Shown one piece after another: positions 39,917 to 48,983 of a stretch of 64,000 bases of DNA; within the stretch, counting starts at the first letter, position 1, and every line of letters starts with the position of its first letter. The notes under the pieces are model-generated. The model searched no databases. It saw only the letters and a program-made list of their open reading frames with translations, and was not told the DNA's origin. Source of the DNA: Candidatus Krumholzibacteriia bacterium (GTDB taxonomy: Bacteria; Krumholzibacteriota; Krumholzibacteriia; JAJRXK01); assembly GCA_035268685.1 (NCBI GenBank), contig DATFKK010000036.1, forward strand, positions 5,510 to 69,509, written 5' to 3'. Made by a program: the position numbers and the translations under genes.

Positions 39917-41104
39917 TCACCGGAGTCGCGCCAGGATCGCGTCGGTGACCTGCTGGGTGGTCGCCGCGCCCCGTCCCACCACATCGGGGCCTCCCGGCAG
40001 ACGCATCATGTCGTAGGTGCGGACCCTGCCCTCGACCACGACGTCGCCGACGGCGCGGCGCACCGCCTCGGCCCGTCTGGTCTCGCCGACGTGGTCGAGC
40101 AGCATCGCCGCCGACAGGATCATGGCAATGGGATTCACGATGCTCGGCTCGAGCTCGGCGTACCGGGGCGCCGAACCGTGCGTGGGCTCGAACACCGCCA
40201 CGTCGTCGCCGATGTTCCCCGAACCCGCGAAGCCCAGCCCCCCCACCAGCCCGGCAAAGGCATCGCTGACGATGTCGCCGAAAAGGTTGCCGGCCACGAC
40301 CACCCCGTAGTCCTCGGGGTTCCGGGTCAGCCACATCATCTGCGCGTCGACGTTCGTACTCCGGAGCTCGATCTCGGGGAAGTCGGCGTGCACCTTCCCG
40401 GCTTCTTCCACCATCATGCCGCCGGTCTCGCGCAGCACGTTCGGCTTCTCGCACACGGTCACCGAGCGGTACCCGTGCTCACGCGCGTAGCCGAAGGCGG
40501 CGGTCAGGATCCGGCGCACGGCGCGGCGCGTGAACAGGCGAACGGAGACGGCCAGATCCTCTTCCGGTGTCTCGGCGAAGCGTCGCCAATTCGGATGCAG
40601 GGACAGGGCATCGCGCACCGCCTGCGGGGGATCGGTCCATTCGATGCCGGCGTACAGGCCCTCGGTGTTCTGACGGAAGATCACCACGTCGATCATGGGT
40701 TCGTCGATCGGCTCGGCACTCCCGCGGCGGACGAAGTTCAGTGGATTGCCGGCGAAGCTACGGCACGGGCGGATGCAGACGTCGAGGTCGAAGTGCTGCC
40801 GCAGGCCGACGATCGGACTGGAGTAGTCGAAGCCGTGGTCGCGCAGATCCGCGTCGAGATCCTCGGCGGCTTCCTTCTTCGGTTTGCTCGTGATCGCACC
40901 GAAGAGGCCGAGCCGGTGGCGTTCCAGGAGAGCGATCGTCGCGTCGGGCAGCGGATCGCCGGTGCGCCTCCAGCACTCCCAGCCGATGTCGGCGTGGAGG
41001 TAGTCGGCGTCGAAGCCCACTTTCTCGAGGACGCGGACCGCTTCGGGCAGGACGATGGCACCGATCCCGTCCCCGGGCATGGTGACGACGGTGTGCCTGG
41101 CCAT
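39917..41104 (-). CDS. Isocitrate/isopropylmalate dehydrogenase family protein (LeuB- or homoisocitrate-DH-like).
   Basis: Trimmed to MARHTVVTMPGDGIGAIV (41104, with GAGGAGG upstream). Family motifs include the Rossmann-like N-terminus GDGIG and the metal/substrate motif GNLFGDIVSDAFAGLVGGLG. Confidence 0.85.
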   Translation of the reverse strand: MARHTVVTMPGDGIGAIVLPEAVRVLEKVGFDADYLHADIGWECWRRTGDPLPDATIALLERHRLGLFGAITSKPKKEAAEDLDADLRDHGFDYSSPIVGLRQHFDLDVCIRPCRSFAGNPLNFVRRGSAEPIDEPMIDVVIFRQNTEGLYAGIEWTDPPQAVRDALSLHPNWRRFAETPEEDLAVSVRLFTRRAVRRILTAAFGYAREHGYRSVTVCEKPNVLRETGGMMVEEAGKVHADFPEIELRSTNVDAQMMWLTRNPEDYGVVVAGNLFGDIVSDAFAGLVGGLGFAGSGNIGDDVAVFEPTHGSAPRYAELEPSIVNPIAMILSAAMLLDHVGETRRAEAVRRAVGDVVVEGRVRTYDMMRLPGGPDVVGRGAATTQQVTDAILARLR

Positions 41105-41121
41105 GACCGCGAACCTCCTCG

Positions 41122-43074
41122 TCAGAACTTCAGTTCGCGCCGGATCATGGATTCGATTCCTCCCGCTGCCACCAGCGACTGGGGAAGCTCGCCCATCGGT
41201 GGGAAGGGATACTCGCGACCGTCGTAGCGGACGACGCCGGCCACGAAGTCGACGGTCACCGTCGCCGGGGCGACGACGGTGCGGAGGTCCTGTGCGGAGC
41301 GCACCGAGCGGATGGACTCGACGAACTCGGGGCACGTGATGCAGGGAAGGCCGTTGTTGTACGCGTTGCGCAGGAAGGTCTGCGCAAAGCTCCCAGCGAT
41401 GACCAACCGGATCCCGGCTGCGGTGAGTGCGGTGGCGGCCTGTTCGCGGCTGCTGCCGGTGCCGAAGCCGAATCCACCGACCAGGACGTCGCCCTCGCGA
41501 ACGATCGAGGCGAAGTCGGGGTCGTGGTTCTCCAGGACCACACGGGCCATCTCCCCGGCGCTCAGGTCACGGTAGGTGTGGTCCTTTCCGTACATGGCGT
41601 CGGTGTCGAGGTCGTCGGCGGGCACGACGATCGCACGACCCTCGATGCGCTCGGGAAAGCCCTCGAGGATCTCGACCGGTTCGACGAGCGCGGCGTCGGT
41701 CTCCACACCGCATTCGAACCGGGCCGTCGCCACCGGCCCCTCGGTCCGCACGCCCGACGGCGCGGTGATCTCGCCCTCGAGCGCCGAGGCCGCCACGACG
41801 GCGGGACCGGCCAGAAAGGCCCTCGCGTCGCGCGAACCCATGCGTCCTGGAAAATTGCGATTGGTCGCGCTGATCGCGACCTCGCCCGGCTCGAGCGATC
41901 CCTCGCCCAGACCGATGCACGGCCCACAACCCGGCGGCAACGCGTGGGCGCCCGCGTCGAGCAGCGTCTGCCAGGTCCCGTCGGCCTCGGCCGCCGCCTG
42001 CACGTCGGCACTCGCGGCCGCCACGTAGAACGACACCCCGTCGTGCACGTGACGCCCCCTCAGAACACGTGCCGCGGCCTGCAGGTCCTCGAGCCTCCCG
42101 TTCACGCAACCCAGCAGATAGGCCTTGTCGATCTTCGTGTGTCGCGCACCGACCTCGGCCACCGTGGCCAGGGCGCGGACGCTGTCGGGACCTGCGACCA
42201 CGGGCCGCAGGGTCGAGAGATCGAACTCGATGCGACCGGCGTAGACCGCATCGGGGTCGGCAGCCGGAGGGTCGGTGGACCAGTGCATCAGATCGGCCTC
42301 GCAGAAACGCTGTTCCCCACACGCGGCCAGGGCGTTGCGCACTCGACGCATGTGGTCGACGGTCACCTCGTCCACGGGGAAGATTCCCGCCAGCCCACCC
42401 CACTCGGTGGTCATGTTGGCGATGCTCAGCCGCGCGTCCATGCCGAGCGAGGCGACGCCGTCGCCGGTGAACTCGACGACCGCGTTCAGCACCTCACCGG
42501 CCGCGAACATGCCGCACAGGGCCAGGATCACGTCCTTGCCCGCCACTCCCGTGGCCAGTTCTCCACGAAGTTCCACCCGCAGGGTCCGCGGCACCTGCCA
42601 CCAGAACGTACCGGTGCTCCAGACCGCCGCGGCGTCGGTGCGGACGATCGGCGTGCCCAGAGCACCCAGTGCACCGTACGTGGTGGCGTGGGAATCGCTG
42701 GCCACACACAACGATCCCGGAACCACGTAGCCGCGCGACACCATGATCTGATGGCCGATGCCGGTGCCGGCGGGGTAGAAGTCCACGCCGTGGCCGCGCG
42801 CGAAGCCCTCGATCGAAGCGTACCTGCGCTGGTTGGCCTCGCTGCGGTTCTGGACGTCGTGGTCGAGCGCGAACACGGGCTGGGTCGGGTCGTGGATCCT
42901 GCCCACGCCGATCGCACGGAACTTCTCGATGACCGCGGCCGTGTTGTCGTGGGTGAGGACGTGCCGGGGACACAGACCGACGACGTCGCCGGCACGGATC
43001 CGGCGCCGCGGTCCGCGCGTCATGTGCGCCTGGACGATCTTCTCGGCCAGGGTCTGGCCGCCGACGGTGTTCAC
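41122..43074 (-). CDS. Aconitase-family dehydratase with fused large (LeuC-like) and small (LeuD-like) subunits.
   Basis: N-terminal roughly 420 aa carry the LeuC Fe-S ligand region (ASDSHATTYGALGALG, CGPCIG). The C-terminal roughly 190 aa are LeuD-like (swivel domain, GGFGFGTGSSREQAATAL). Start reassigned from the track TTG (43092) to GTG at 43074, overlapping the upstream gene's TGA (GTGA). Confidence 0.85.
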   Translation of the reverse strand: MNTVGGQTLAEKIVQAHMTRGPRRRIRAGDVVGLCPRHVLTHDNTAAVIEKFRAIGVGRIHDPTQPVFALDHDVQNRSEANQRRYASIEGFARGHGVDFYPAGTGIGHQIMVSRGYVVPGSLCVASDSHATTYGALGALGTPIVRTDAAAVWSTGTFWWQVPRTLRVELRGELATGVAGKDVILALCGMFAAGEVLNAVVEFTGDGVASLGMDARLSIANMTTEWGGLAGIFPVDEVTVDHMRRVRNALAACGEQRFCEADLMHWSTDPPAADPDAVYAGRIEFDLSTLRPVVAGPDSVRALATVAEVGARHTKIDKAYLLGCVNGRLEDLQAAARVLRGRHVHDGVSFYVAAASADVQAAAEADGTWQTLLDAGAHALPPGCGPCIGLGEGSLEPGEVAISATNRNFPGRMGSRDARAFLAGPAVVAASALEGEITAPSGVRTEGPVATARFECGVETDAALVEPVEILEGFPERIEGRAIVVPADDLDTDAMYGKDHTYRDLSAGEMARVVLENHDPDFASIVREGDVLVGGFGFGTGSSREQAATALTAAGIRLVIAGSFAQTFLRNAYNNGLPCITCPEFVESIRSVRSAQDLRTVVAPATVTVDFVAGVVRYDGREYPFPPMGELPQSLVAAGGIESMIRRELKF

Positions 43075-44450
43075 GACCGGTCCCTCTGACAAAGGGACAT
43101 GAAGTTCCGCGCCGAGCCGAAGTCGTCGAGCATCCAGACCGTCTCCTTCACTCGCTTCCGGGCGATCTCACTGAGGACGGGATCGGACAGGGCGTCGAAC
43201 TTGGCCTCGATCTCGTGATCGCTCAGGGGATTGCGAGGATCACCCTTCGGGTGGTCCAGCTTCTCGGAGAACTCGCGCCCGTCCTTGGTCCGGATCCTCA
43301 CGACCGCCTGCTGGAGCTCGGGGAACACGGCCTCGACGTCGGGATCGGGCATGACCTCCACCTTGCCCAGCTGCGCCCGCAACACCGGATCGGCGATCCT
43401 CTCGGGCGTGAACTGCGCCGGGGTGACGTTCCGGTCCACGAGGACGGCTGCGATCACGTAGGGCAACGAGTGGTCGGCCGTCTCCTTGCTCTGCGGATCG
43501 TACTTGCTGGGATCGGCGAGGATGTCCGCGGCGCGCGCCGTCGTTCGGACCAGAACGCTCTCGATCTCGTCGGGTGCGAGATCGTTGTCGCGGACGATGT
43601 CGAGCGTGGCCGAGATCGGCGCGTGGGTGAGCGCCTCGGTCGGAAAGGCCTTCATGCCACATCGTTCGATCCGCCAGGTCTCGCCCAGTCCGTCGGTCAG
43701 CACGTCGAGATCCCACTCCGGTCCCAGGCAGTGCACCAACCCCTCCTTGCCGTCGATCACGTGCCGCGGGCCGGTGTACCCCCGCTCGGCCAGCAGCGCG
43801 GCCGTCATTCCCGACTGGGTGGCCATCGGGTCGACCGAATTCTTCGTCATGGTCAGTTCGCCCGCCGTGACCGCTCCGAAGGTCGCGTTGTGCGACGCCG
43901 CGATGCCGATGGCGTGCTGGATGCGCTCGGTGTCGAGTCCCAGCAACCGGCCCGCTACGATCGGGGAGACGACGGCCGTCAGGGTGGCGTGGTGCCAACC
44001 GCGTTCCCTGATCCCGGGAAAGGCGGCCTCGGCCAGCCGCATCTCGAACTCGTGACCCAGCACCACTCCCAGCAGCAGATCGCGTGCATCGAGGTCCTGA
44101 CGTTCGCAGGCGGCCATGGCGGCCGGGATCACGTCGCTCGGATGCACCGGATCCTGCCGCCAGTAGATGTCGTTGTAGTCCATGGAACGGATCATCAACG
44201 CGTTCGCGAGTGTGGCCGACACGGGATCGGCCTTCTCGCCACTGGCCAGGACGGTGCACTCACCGGTGCCCGCGCACTCGGCGAGCACATCCAATGCGAT
44301 CCCGCAGTCCTCCTGCAGGAATCCACCGAACGCGCACCCCACCGAATCCAGGAGGAAGCGCTTGGCCTGGTGCAGGACCTCGGGTGGAATGTCGTCGAAG
44401 CGCAGGCCGGCAGCCCACCGGGCCATGGTCGCGGTGACGGTGTCGGACAT
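43071..44450 (-). CDS. MmgE/PrpD family protein (2-methylcitrate dehydratase-like).
   Basis: Trimmed to MSDTVTATMARWAAGLRFDDIPPEVLHQAKRFLLDSVGCAFGG, the typical PrpD N-terminus, with GGAAGG upstream. 459 aa. Confidence 0.85.
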   Translation of the reverse strand: MSDTVTATMARWAAGLRFDDIPPEVLHQAKRFLLDSVGCAFGGFLQEDCGIALDVLAECAGTGECTVLASGEKADPVSATLANALMIRSMDYNDIYWRQDPVHPSDVIPAAMAACERQDLDARDLLLGVVLGHEFEMRLAEAAFPGIRERGWHHATLTAVVSPIVAGRLLGLDTERIQHAIGIAASHNATFGAVTAGELTMTKNSVDPMATQSGMTAALLAERGYTGPRHVIDGKEGLVHCLGPEWDLDVLTDGLGETWRIERCGMKAFPTEALTHAPISATLDIVRDNDLAPDEIESVLVRTTARAADILADPSKYDPQSKETADHSLPYVIAAVLVDRNVTPAQFTPERIADPVLRAQLGKVEVMPDPDVEAVFPELQQAVVRIRTKDGREFSEKLDHPKGDPRNPLSDHEIEAKFDALSDPVLSEIARKRVKETVWMLDDFGSARNFMSLCQRDRS

Positions 44451-44730
44451 TGCGAACCCTTCCGTCCGGAACGCGGCCGGACGTACGCAGAGGAGCCGGA
44501 CACGGAGGCGATCGCCACGACGCCCCCGGTCCGTCGGATTCGGAGATGAGACCCAGCGTGGCACCGCCACCACCACGGTCGACAGCGTGGAACTGTGAGA
44601 ACCGCGCAGGCCGTCGGGCCGAAAATGTGAGCTCGCGCGTCGCCGTGATGCACGTGCACCGGGCAGGCAGAGCGGAGGGACGATCCGACCGGGTCCCTCC
44701 GCCCCGGGGGGCACACGTACGGGGAGTACG

Positions 44731-45921
44731 CTAGAACGCAGCCGTGAAGCCGACGACCGCGCGTGTCTCCTCGATCTCGAGGTCGTAGGTCAGCTCGGCG
44801 ATCATCCGCAGATTCCGGGCGTGCAGATGCGACCACGACGCGGTCACCGTCTCGTAGTCGGTGGCGTCGTCGTCGGAGTCGATCCAGTTGTACAAGAGGA
44901 CGACGGCATCCATGCCGTCGGGACCGGCCGGCATGATCGTCAGTTCGCCGATCACGCCGTCGGTCTCGATCTCCGATCCCGAGCCCGTGGCGTCGCTGTC
45001 GGTTCGATGCAGGTATTGCACGCTCGCCGAGACCTTGTCGAAGCCCACGTGCACGTCGGGACCGAAGACTTCGACATCGTTCTCGAAGCCGGTACCGCTC
45101 GCGCTCAGGGCCTCGGTCGTGGCGTAGTAGGTTCCGGCCGCGGTGACCGGACCCGCCGCGTAGACCAGGCGCCCGAGGTAGCCCTTGTCTGGGTCACGAT
45201 CGAAGAAGTCGTCTCCTCCGTCTTCCGCGGCGGCCAGGCCGTTGCCGTTGACCACCTCACCCACGAGGGACAGACCGATCGGCGTGTCGTAGGTGACCAG
45301 CACTCCACGATCGTAGGTGAGCCGTGCGACCGATCCTCCGGGTTGCGCCTTGTAGATCTCGTAGTCCTCGAAGGTCAGGCGCAGCTCGCGCTTCATCATG
45401 GGGTCGGAGATCTGGAACTGACCGACCATCACGTCGAGAGGTTGCCCCCCGAGATCGTTGAAGTGCAGGTAGGCGTCTTCCACCCCGGCGACCTCGCCCT
45501 CCTCGGCCATGTAGAAGTAGACGTAGTAGCCCACGTCGTCCATCACACTGCCACCACTCAGGAGCTTGATACCCCACGGAACCTGCAGATCGGGGACGTT
45601 CTCGTCGTCCTCCCGTGTCTCGTAGACGCCGTAGGCGTCCAGACGCACGGCCAGGGGCAGGTCGCGTTGGAGCAACAACTCCGGGTCGCCCGTGTCCTGG
45701 TAGGCTCGACGTGGTTCCTCGCCGTCGGGAAGACGGAAGCCGTTGCCGGCGAACTCGTCACCGTAGTCCTTCAGACGCGGAGCCGGCGCGTGGCACGTCG
45801 TACACGAGAGATTGTACTTGCGGGCGAAGGCGGGTATCGCGTTCGCCTCGGACACGAAGGTACTCACGAGCACCAGTGCCGCGATCATCGGGAACACAAG
45901 GTTCTTCGTCGTCTTCATCAC
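44731..45921 (-). CDS. Cyc2-like fused monoheme cytochrome c - outer-membrane beta-barrel porin.
   Basis: Signal (LVFPMIAALVLVSTFVSEANA), then a single heme motif CTTCH at about residue 42 in the context PAFARKYNLSCTTCH. The roughly 350-aa remainder has alternating amphipathic beta-strands and a C-terminal aromatic residue (VGFTAAF), the defining architecture of Cyc2 iron oxidases. Its start overlaps the upstream cytochrome gene's stop. Confidence 0.65.
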   Translation of the reverse strand: MMKTTKNLVFPMIAALVLVSTFVSEANAIPAFARKYNLSCTTCHAPAPRLKDYGDEFAGNGFRLPDGEEPRRAYQDTGDPELLLQRDLPLAVRLDAYGVYETREDDENVPDLQVPWGIKLLSGGSVMDDVGYYVYFYMAEEGEVAGVEDAYLHFNDLGGQPLDVMVGQFQISDPMMKRELRLTFEDYEIYKAQPGGSVARLTYDRGVLVTYDTPIGLSLVGEVVNGNGLAAAEDGGDDFFDRDPDKGYLGRLVYAAGPVTAAGTYYATTEALSASGTGFENDVEVFGPDVHVGFDKVSASVQYLHRTDSDATGSGSEIETDGVIGELTIMPAGPDGMDAVVLLYNWIDSDDDATDYETVTASWSHLHARNLRMIAELTYDLEIEETRAVVGFTAAF

Positions 45922-47333
45922 CAGTTCACCACCTCGACGGAAGTATCGGCTTCGCCGACGACGACGGCCTCGGTCTCCTCTGCGGGGACGTCGAGGAAGT
46001 CACCGACGGACTTCACGAGTTTGCGATAGCGGAGCACGGCCTCGAACCGCAGCTCCCCGTAGGGCACGTCCTGCGGGACCGTGAACAGATAGGTTTCGGT
46101 CTTGGTCTCTCGGGGCGCGATCCGGTAGTCGGTCCCCAGGCTCGCCGTGTTCCACTGCATGATGGTGCGGCGACCCTGCTCGTCGAAGTAGGGCAGGCAG
46201 AAGATCCGGTCGCCTTCGTAGGCCGTGGAGTCCCGGGGCAGGCCGGCGAAGTCCGGATCGTCCAGAGGTTCGCCCATGTCCTGGTAGGCCAGCTCGTTGC
46301 TGGTGATGGTCTGCTCCTCGCCCTCGAAGCCCTTCTTCTCGACCGGGAGGTGATACCGATTGCCATCGGCGTCGACGGCGTGGACGGTCACCCACAGCTG
46401 TCGCTCCTCGGCCGAGCCCGAAGGCACCTTGTGCCCGGCCTTGCCGTTGAACAGCGCCAGCTTCAGGGTCACCGGATCGCCGGGAAGACACTCAGGATGC
46501 TCGGTCCACATGACCATCTCGACCACACCGGCGAGCTTGCTCTGGTGATGGGCACCGTGGAAGAGGTGGTTCCGCCGATCGTCGACCACCTCGGCCCCCA
46601 TGATCGCGAGGCGCCCGTGCCCCGGCGGCATGTGGCAGTCGTGACAGGTGATCCCCATGTCCGGGTACGGACCCTCGGCGTACTCGAGCTGTGTGCTCTT
46701 CACCCAGACGTCGTAGGGACTCTTCTCGTTGTGGCAGGTCCCGCAGAACTCCGCACTCTGGATGAACTCGCTCTTGGCGGTGAGGTGGTGCGGCGACTCC
46801 ATGCCCTCGCGCCCGCCCCACTTCGTGCGACCGGGCTTCACGAGGTAGTTGTAGTTGTGGGGAACCTCTCCGGCGAAACCCACGACCTGATGGCACATGT
46901 CACAGTTCACGGCCTCGTCGGCCATGCTCCCCTCACCGGGCCGCGGCGGCGGGGTGTCGCCCGCGAGGAACGAGACGGGCGCGTGGCAGCCGTTGCAGCC
47001 GTGCTTCACCTCGGCCACCTTCTCCTTCCGCTCGGCGTGGGGTACGGCGAGCCGGAAGTATTCGATCTCGTCCCAGTGGTGCGTGTAGGCCTGGCTCATG
47101 AGCGAGCGGCGCCACTGCCCGGCGATGTCCAGATGACAGCCGGTGCACTGCTGGGCAGGTTGGAAGTCGTCGTAGGAGAACTGACCGTGGGCGTCGTCCC
47201 CGGAGGGGATCGCCCGGAGTTCCTCCTCGGGCAGGACCCCCGTCACGGGCTGGGCGAGAACCGGACAGGTCAGGAGCAGAACGAGGAATCCCGCTACGCA
47301 CGAGGCGAAGCGGGAGATCGCGGGGATGGGCAT
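45918..47333 (-). CDS. Periplasmic pentaheme c-type cytochrome.
   Basis: Trimmed to MPIPAISRFASCVAGFLVLLLTCPVLAQP (47333, with GGAGG upstream). Five CXXCH motifs: CTGCH, CNGCH, CDMCH, CGTCH, CHDCH. Confidence 0.8.
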   Translation of the reverse strand: MPIPAISRFASCVAGFLVLLLTCPVLAQPVTGVLPEEELRAIPSGDDAHGQFSYDDFQPAQQCTGCHLDIAGQWRRSLMSQAYTHHWDEIEYFRLAVPHAERKEKVAEVKHGCNGCHAPVSFLAGDTPPPRPGEGSMADEAVNCDMCHQVVGFAGEVPHNYNYLVKPGRTKWGGREGMESPHHLTAKSEFIQSAEFCGTCHNEKSPYDVWVKSTQLEYAEGPYPDMGITCHDCHMPPGHGRLAIMGAEVVDDRRNHLFHGAHHQSKLAGVVEMVMWTEHPECLPGDPVTLKLALFNGKAGHKVPSGSAEERQLWVTVHAVDADGNRYHLPVEKKGFEGEEQTITSNELAYQDMGEPLDDPDFAGLPRDSTAYEGDRIFCLPYFDEQGRRTIMQWNTASLGTDYRIAPRETKTETYLFTVPQDVPYGELRFEAVLRYRKLVKSVGDFLDVPAEETEAVVVGEADTSVEVVNW

Positions 47334-47509
47334 GAGTCCTCCGATATGTCGAGCACCCACCGGAATGGGCGCCGGATCGCGCGACGCGGAAGCCTGGTCG
47401 AGGACAGGTGGCTCCCGGCGTCACGCTCTCGATTCACTGCGCGAGGCATTCCATCTATACCAGCCTCGGCCGATCGAACCCATGATGCATGTGGATCAGA
47501 TCGGTGGGA

Positions 47510-47998
47510 TCACTCGCTCTCGCCGAGACGATGATCACGTAGATGCTCGAGCTCCTCGGGGCCGAAGTACGCCGCACTGAACTCCGAGATCAGCTCGTCG
47601 AGCTTCTCGGTGTGCGCCGTTTCCGTGGTCTGCTTCGACTTCATGGCGTGCACGAGCATCTCGTGAAGCAGTGTGAGCTGCTTCACGTAGTCCGAGTCGT
47701 CGGCACCGGCCGGCTTGATCCGCTGGTGCAGGAAGTACTGGCTGACGATGTGCTGGAACTCGACGGCGTGCTGTTCCTTGTTGGTGATCCAGCGCACGAT
47801 CTGATTGTAGTTCTTGTCGCCCTCGGCGGTCAGGGCGTCGATCTGGTTCATGGCTTTCTCGATCGTGGTCACGTGCTCGCGCAGCATCTCGATGCGCATG
47901 GCGTCGCCGTAGATCCCGCACGGGATCTCGCAGTGGGCGCGCACGGTGGCGGGAGCGAGAAGGACGAGCAACAGGGCGGCGCTCAGGGCACGGCGCAT
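47510..47998 (-). CDS. sodN: Nickel superoxide dismutase with a Sec-type signal peptide (periplasmic).
   Basis: MRRALSAALLLVLLAPATVRA | HCEIPCGIYGDA. The Ni-hook motif H-C-x-x-P-C-G-x-Y directly follows a predicted AxA signal-peptidase site, so His1 becomes the N-terminus. The rest is a four-helix-bundle-length (about 140 aa) sequence. Confidence 0.85.
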   Translation of the reverse strand: MRRALSAALLLVLLAPATVRAHCEIPCGIYGDAMRIEMLREHVTTIEKAMNQIDALTAEGDKNYNQIVRWITNKEQHAVEFQHIVSQYFLHQRIKPAGADDSDYVKQLTLLHEMLVHAMKSKQTTETAHTEKLDELISEFSAAYFGPEELEHLRDHRLGESE

Positions 47999-48132
47999 GG
48001 GAGTACCTCTCGTGGGGGGACGGGTTCTCGTTGCGTGCCATGCAGTCTAGGCCGAGGCGCGAGGGGACGCCACGCGCACCACGCCGTGGCCCCCTCCTTC
48101 CCCGGGACGCCGTCTGGGGGTCCTCCGGCTCG

Positions 48133-48687
48133 TCAGTTCGGCGGGTTGCCGAAGGGCTCGAAGCTCATGAAGTCGGCGTGGTGGACGATACAGGCTTCGG
48201 TAGAACGACCCACCATGTCCCCTTCGCCGGCATGCGTGGCGATCACGTGGCAGACCGCGTCCGGGATCCCGCACTCCATGGCCAGCGACACACCGGTGAA
48301 GGGGTGCCTCAGGGCTTTGCCACGATCGCTCTGCACCGCGATTCCGTCGATCCGATCGTACTCCAGGAGCTTTCCGACGTCGGCGAGGATCGCCCCCGCC
48401 ACGACGGTGTCGAGGTCGATCCGCAGCGCGCGCCCCAGGAAGTCCTGCATCGATTCGGCGCTGCGTCGAGCGATGTGCACCACGCACCGTTTGTGTTCCA
48501 TGAACGTCGCCGTGCAGTTCTGCACGCGCAGCGTGAAGGGGATCTGCCGGAGGTCGTCGGGGGTCAGGGGACTGCGTTCGAAGGCGAGTTCCCAGGTACG
48601 GGCGACGCGTTCGCGCAGATCCTCGTTCTCGATCCAGCCCAGCTCCGGCCAGAGATCCTCGAGATCGGCCCGGGTGACGGCGGTCAT
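48133..48687 (-). CDS. HD-domain (HDIG-type) metal-dependent phosphohydrolase.
   Basis: Trimmed to MTAVTRADLEDLW (48687). H...HD motif region VCHVIATHAGEGD and IVHHADFMS. Confidence 0.7.
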   Translation of the reverse strand: MTAVTRADLEDLWPELGWIENEDLRERVARTWELAFERSPLTPDDLRQIPFTLRVQNCTATFMEHKRCVVHIARRSAESMQDFLGRALRIDLDTVVAGAILADVGKLLEYDRIDGIAVQSDRGKALRHPFTGVSLAMECGIPDAVCHVIATHAGEGDMVGRSTEACIVHHADFMSFEPFGNPPN

Positions 48688-48983
48688 CGCGTGTCTCCAT
48701 CGCGGCGGGAAAGCATCCGGAATCCACTGCGAGAGCAAAGCATAGCGGACGCGCCGACGACACGCCGGAATCGTGAGATCACCGTTCCACTCCGGACCGG
48801 AAAGGGGAGCGTCTCGGGGAATCCCCCACCCCACCCACGAGTGCGTCCCAGGGCTCCCGCCACCGTCCACCGGGACGTCATCGCGACCGGCCGGACGCAA
48901 ACTGTGGAACGTTCCGCGGCCGGACCCCGGCCATGATCCACGTGAATCCGCCCGGTGACCCGGACGCGTGCCAGGAGGCCTCG

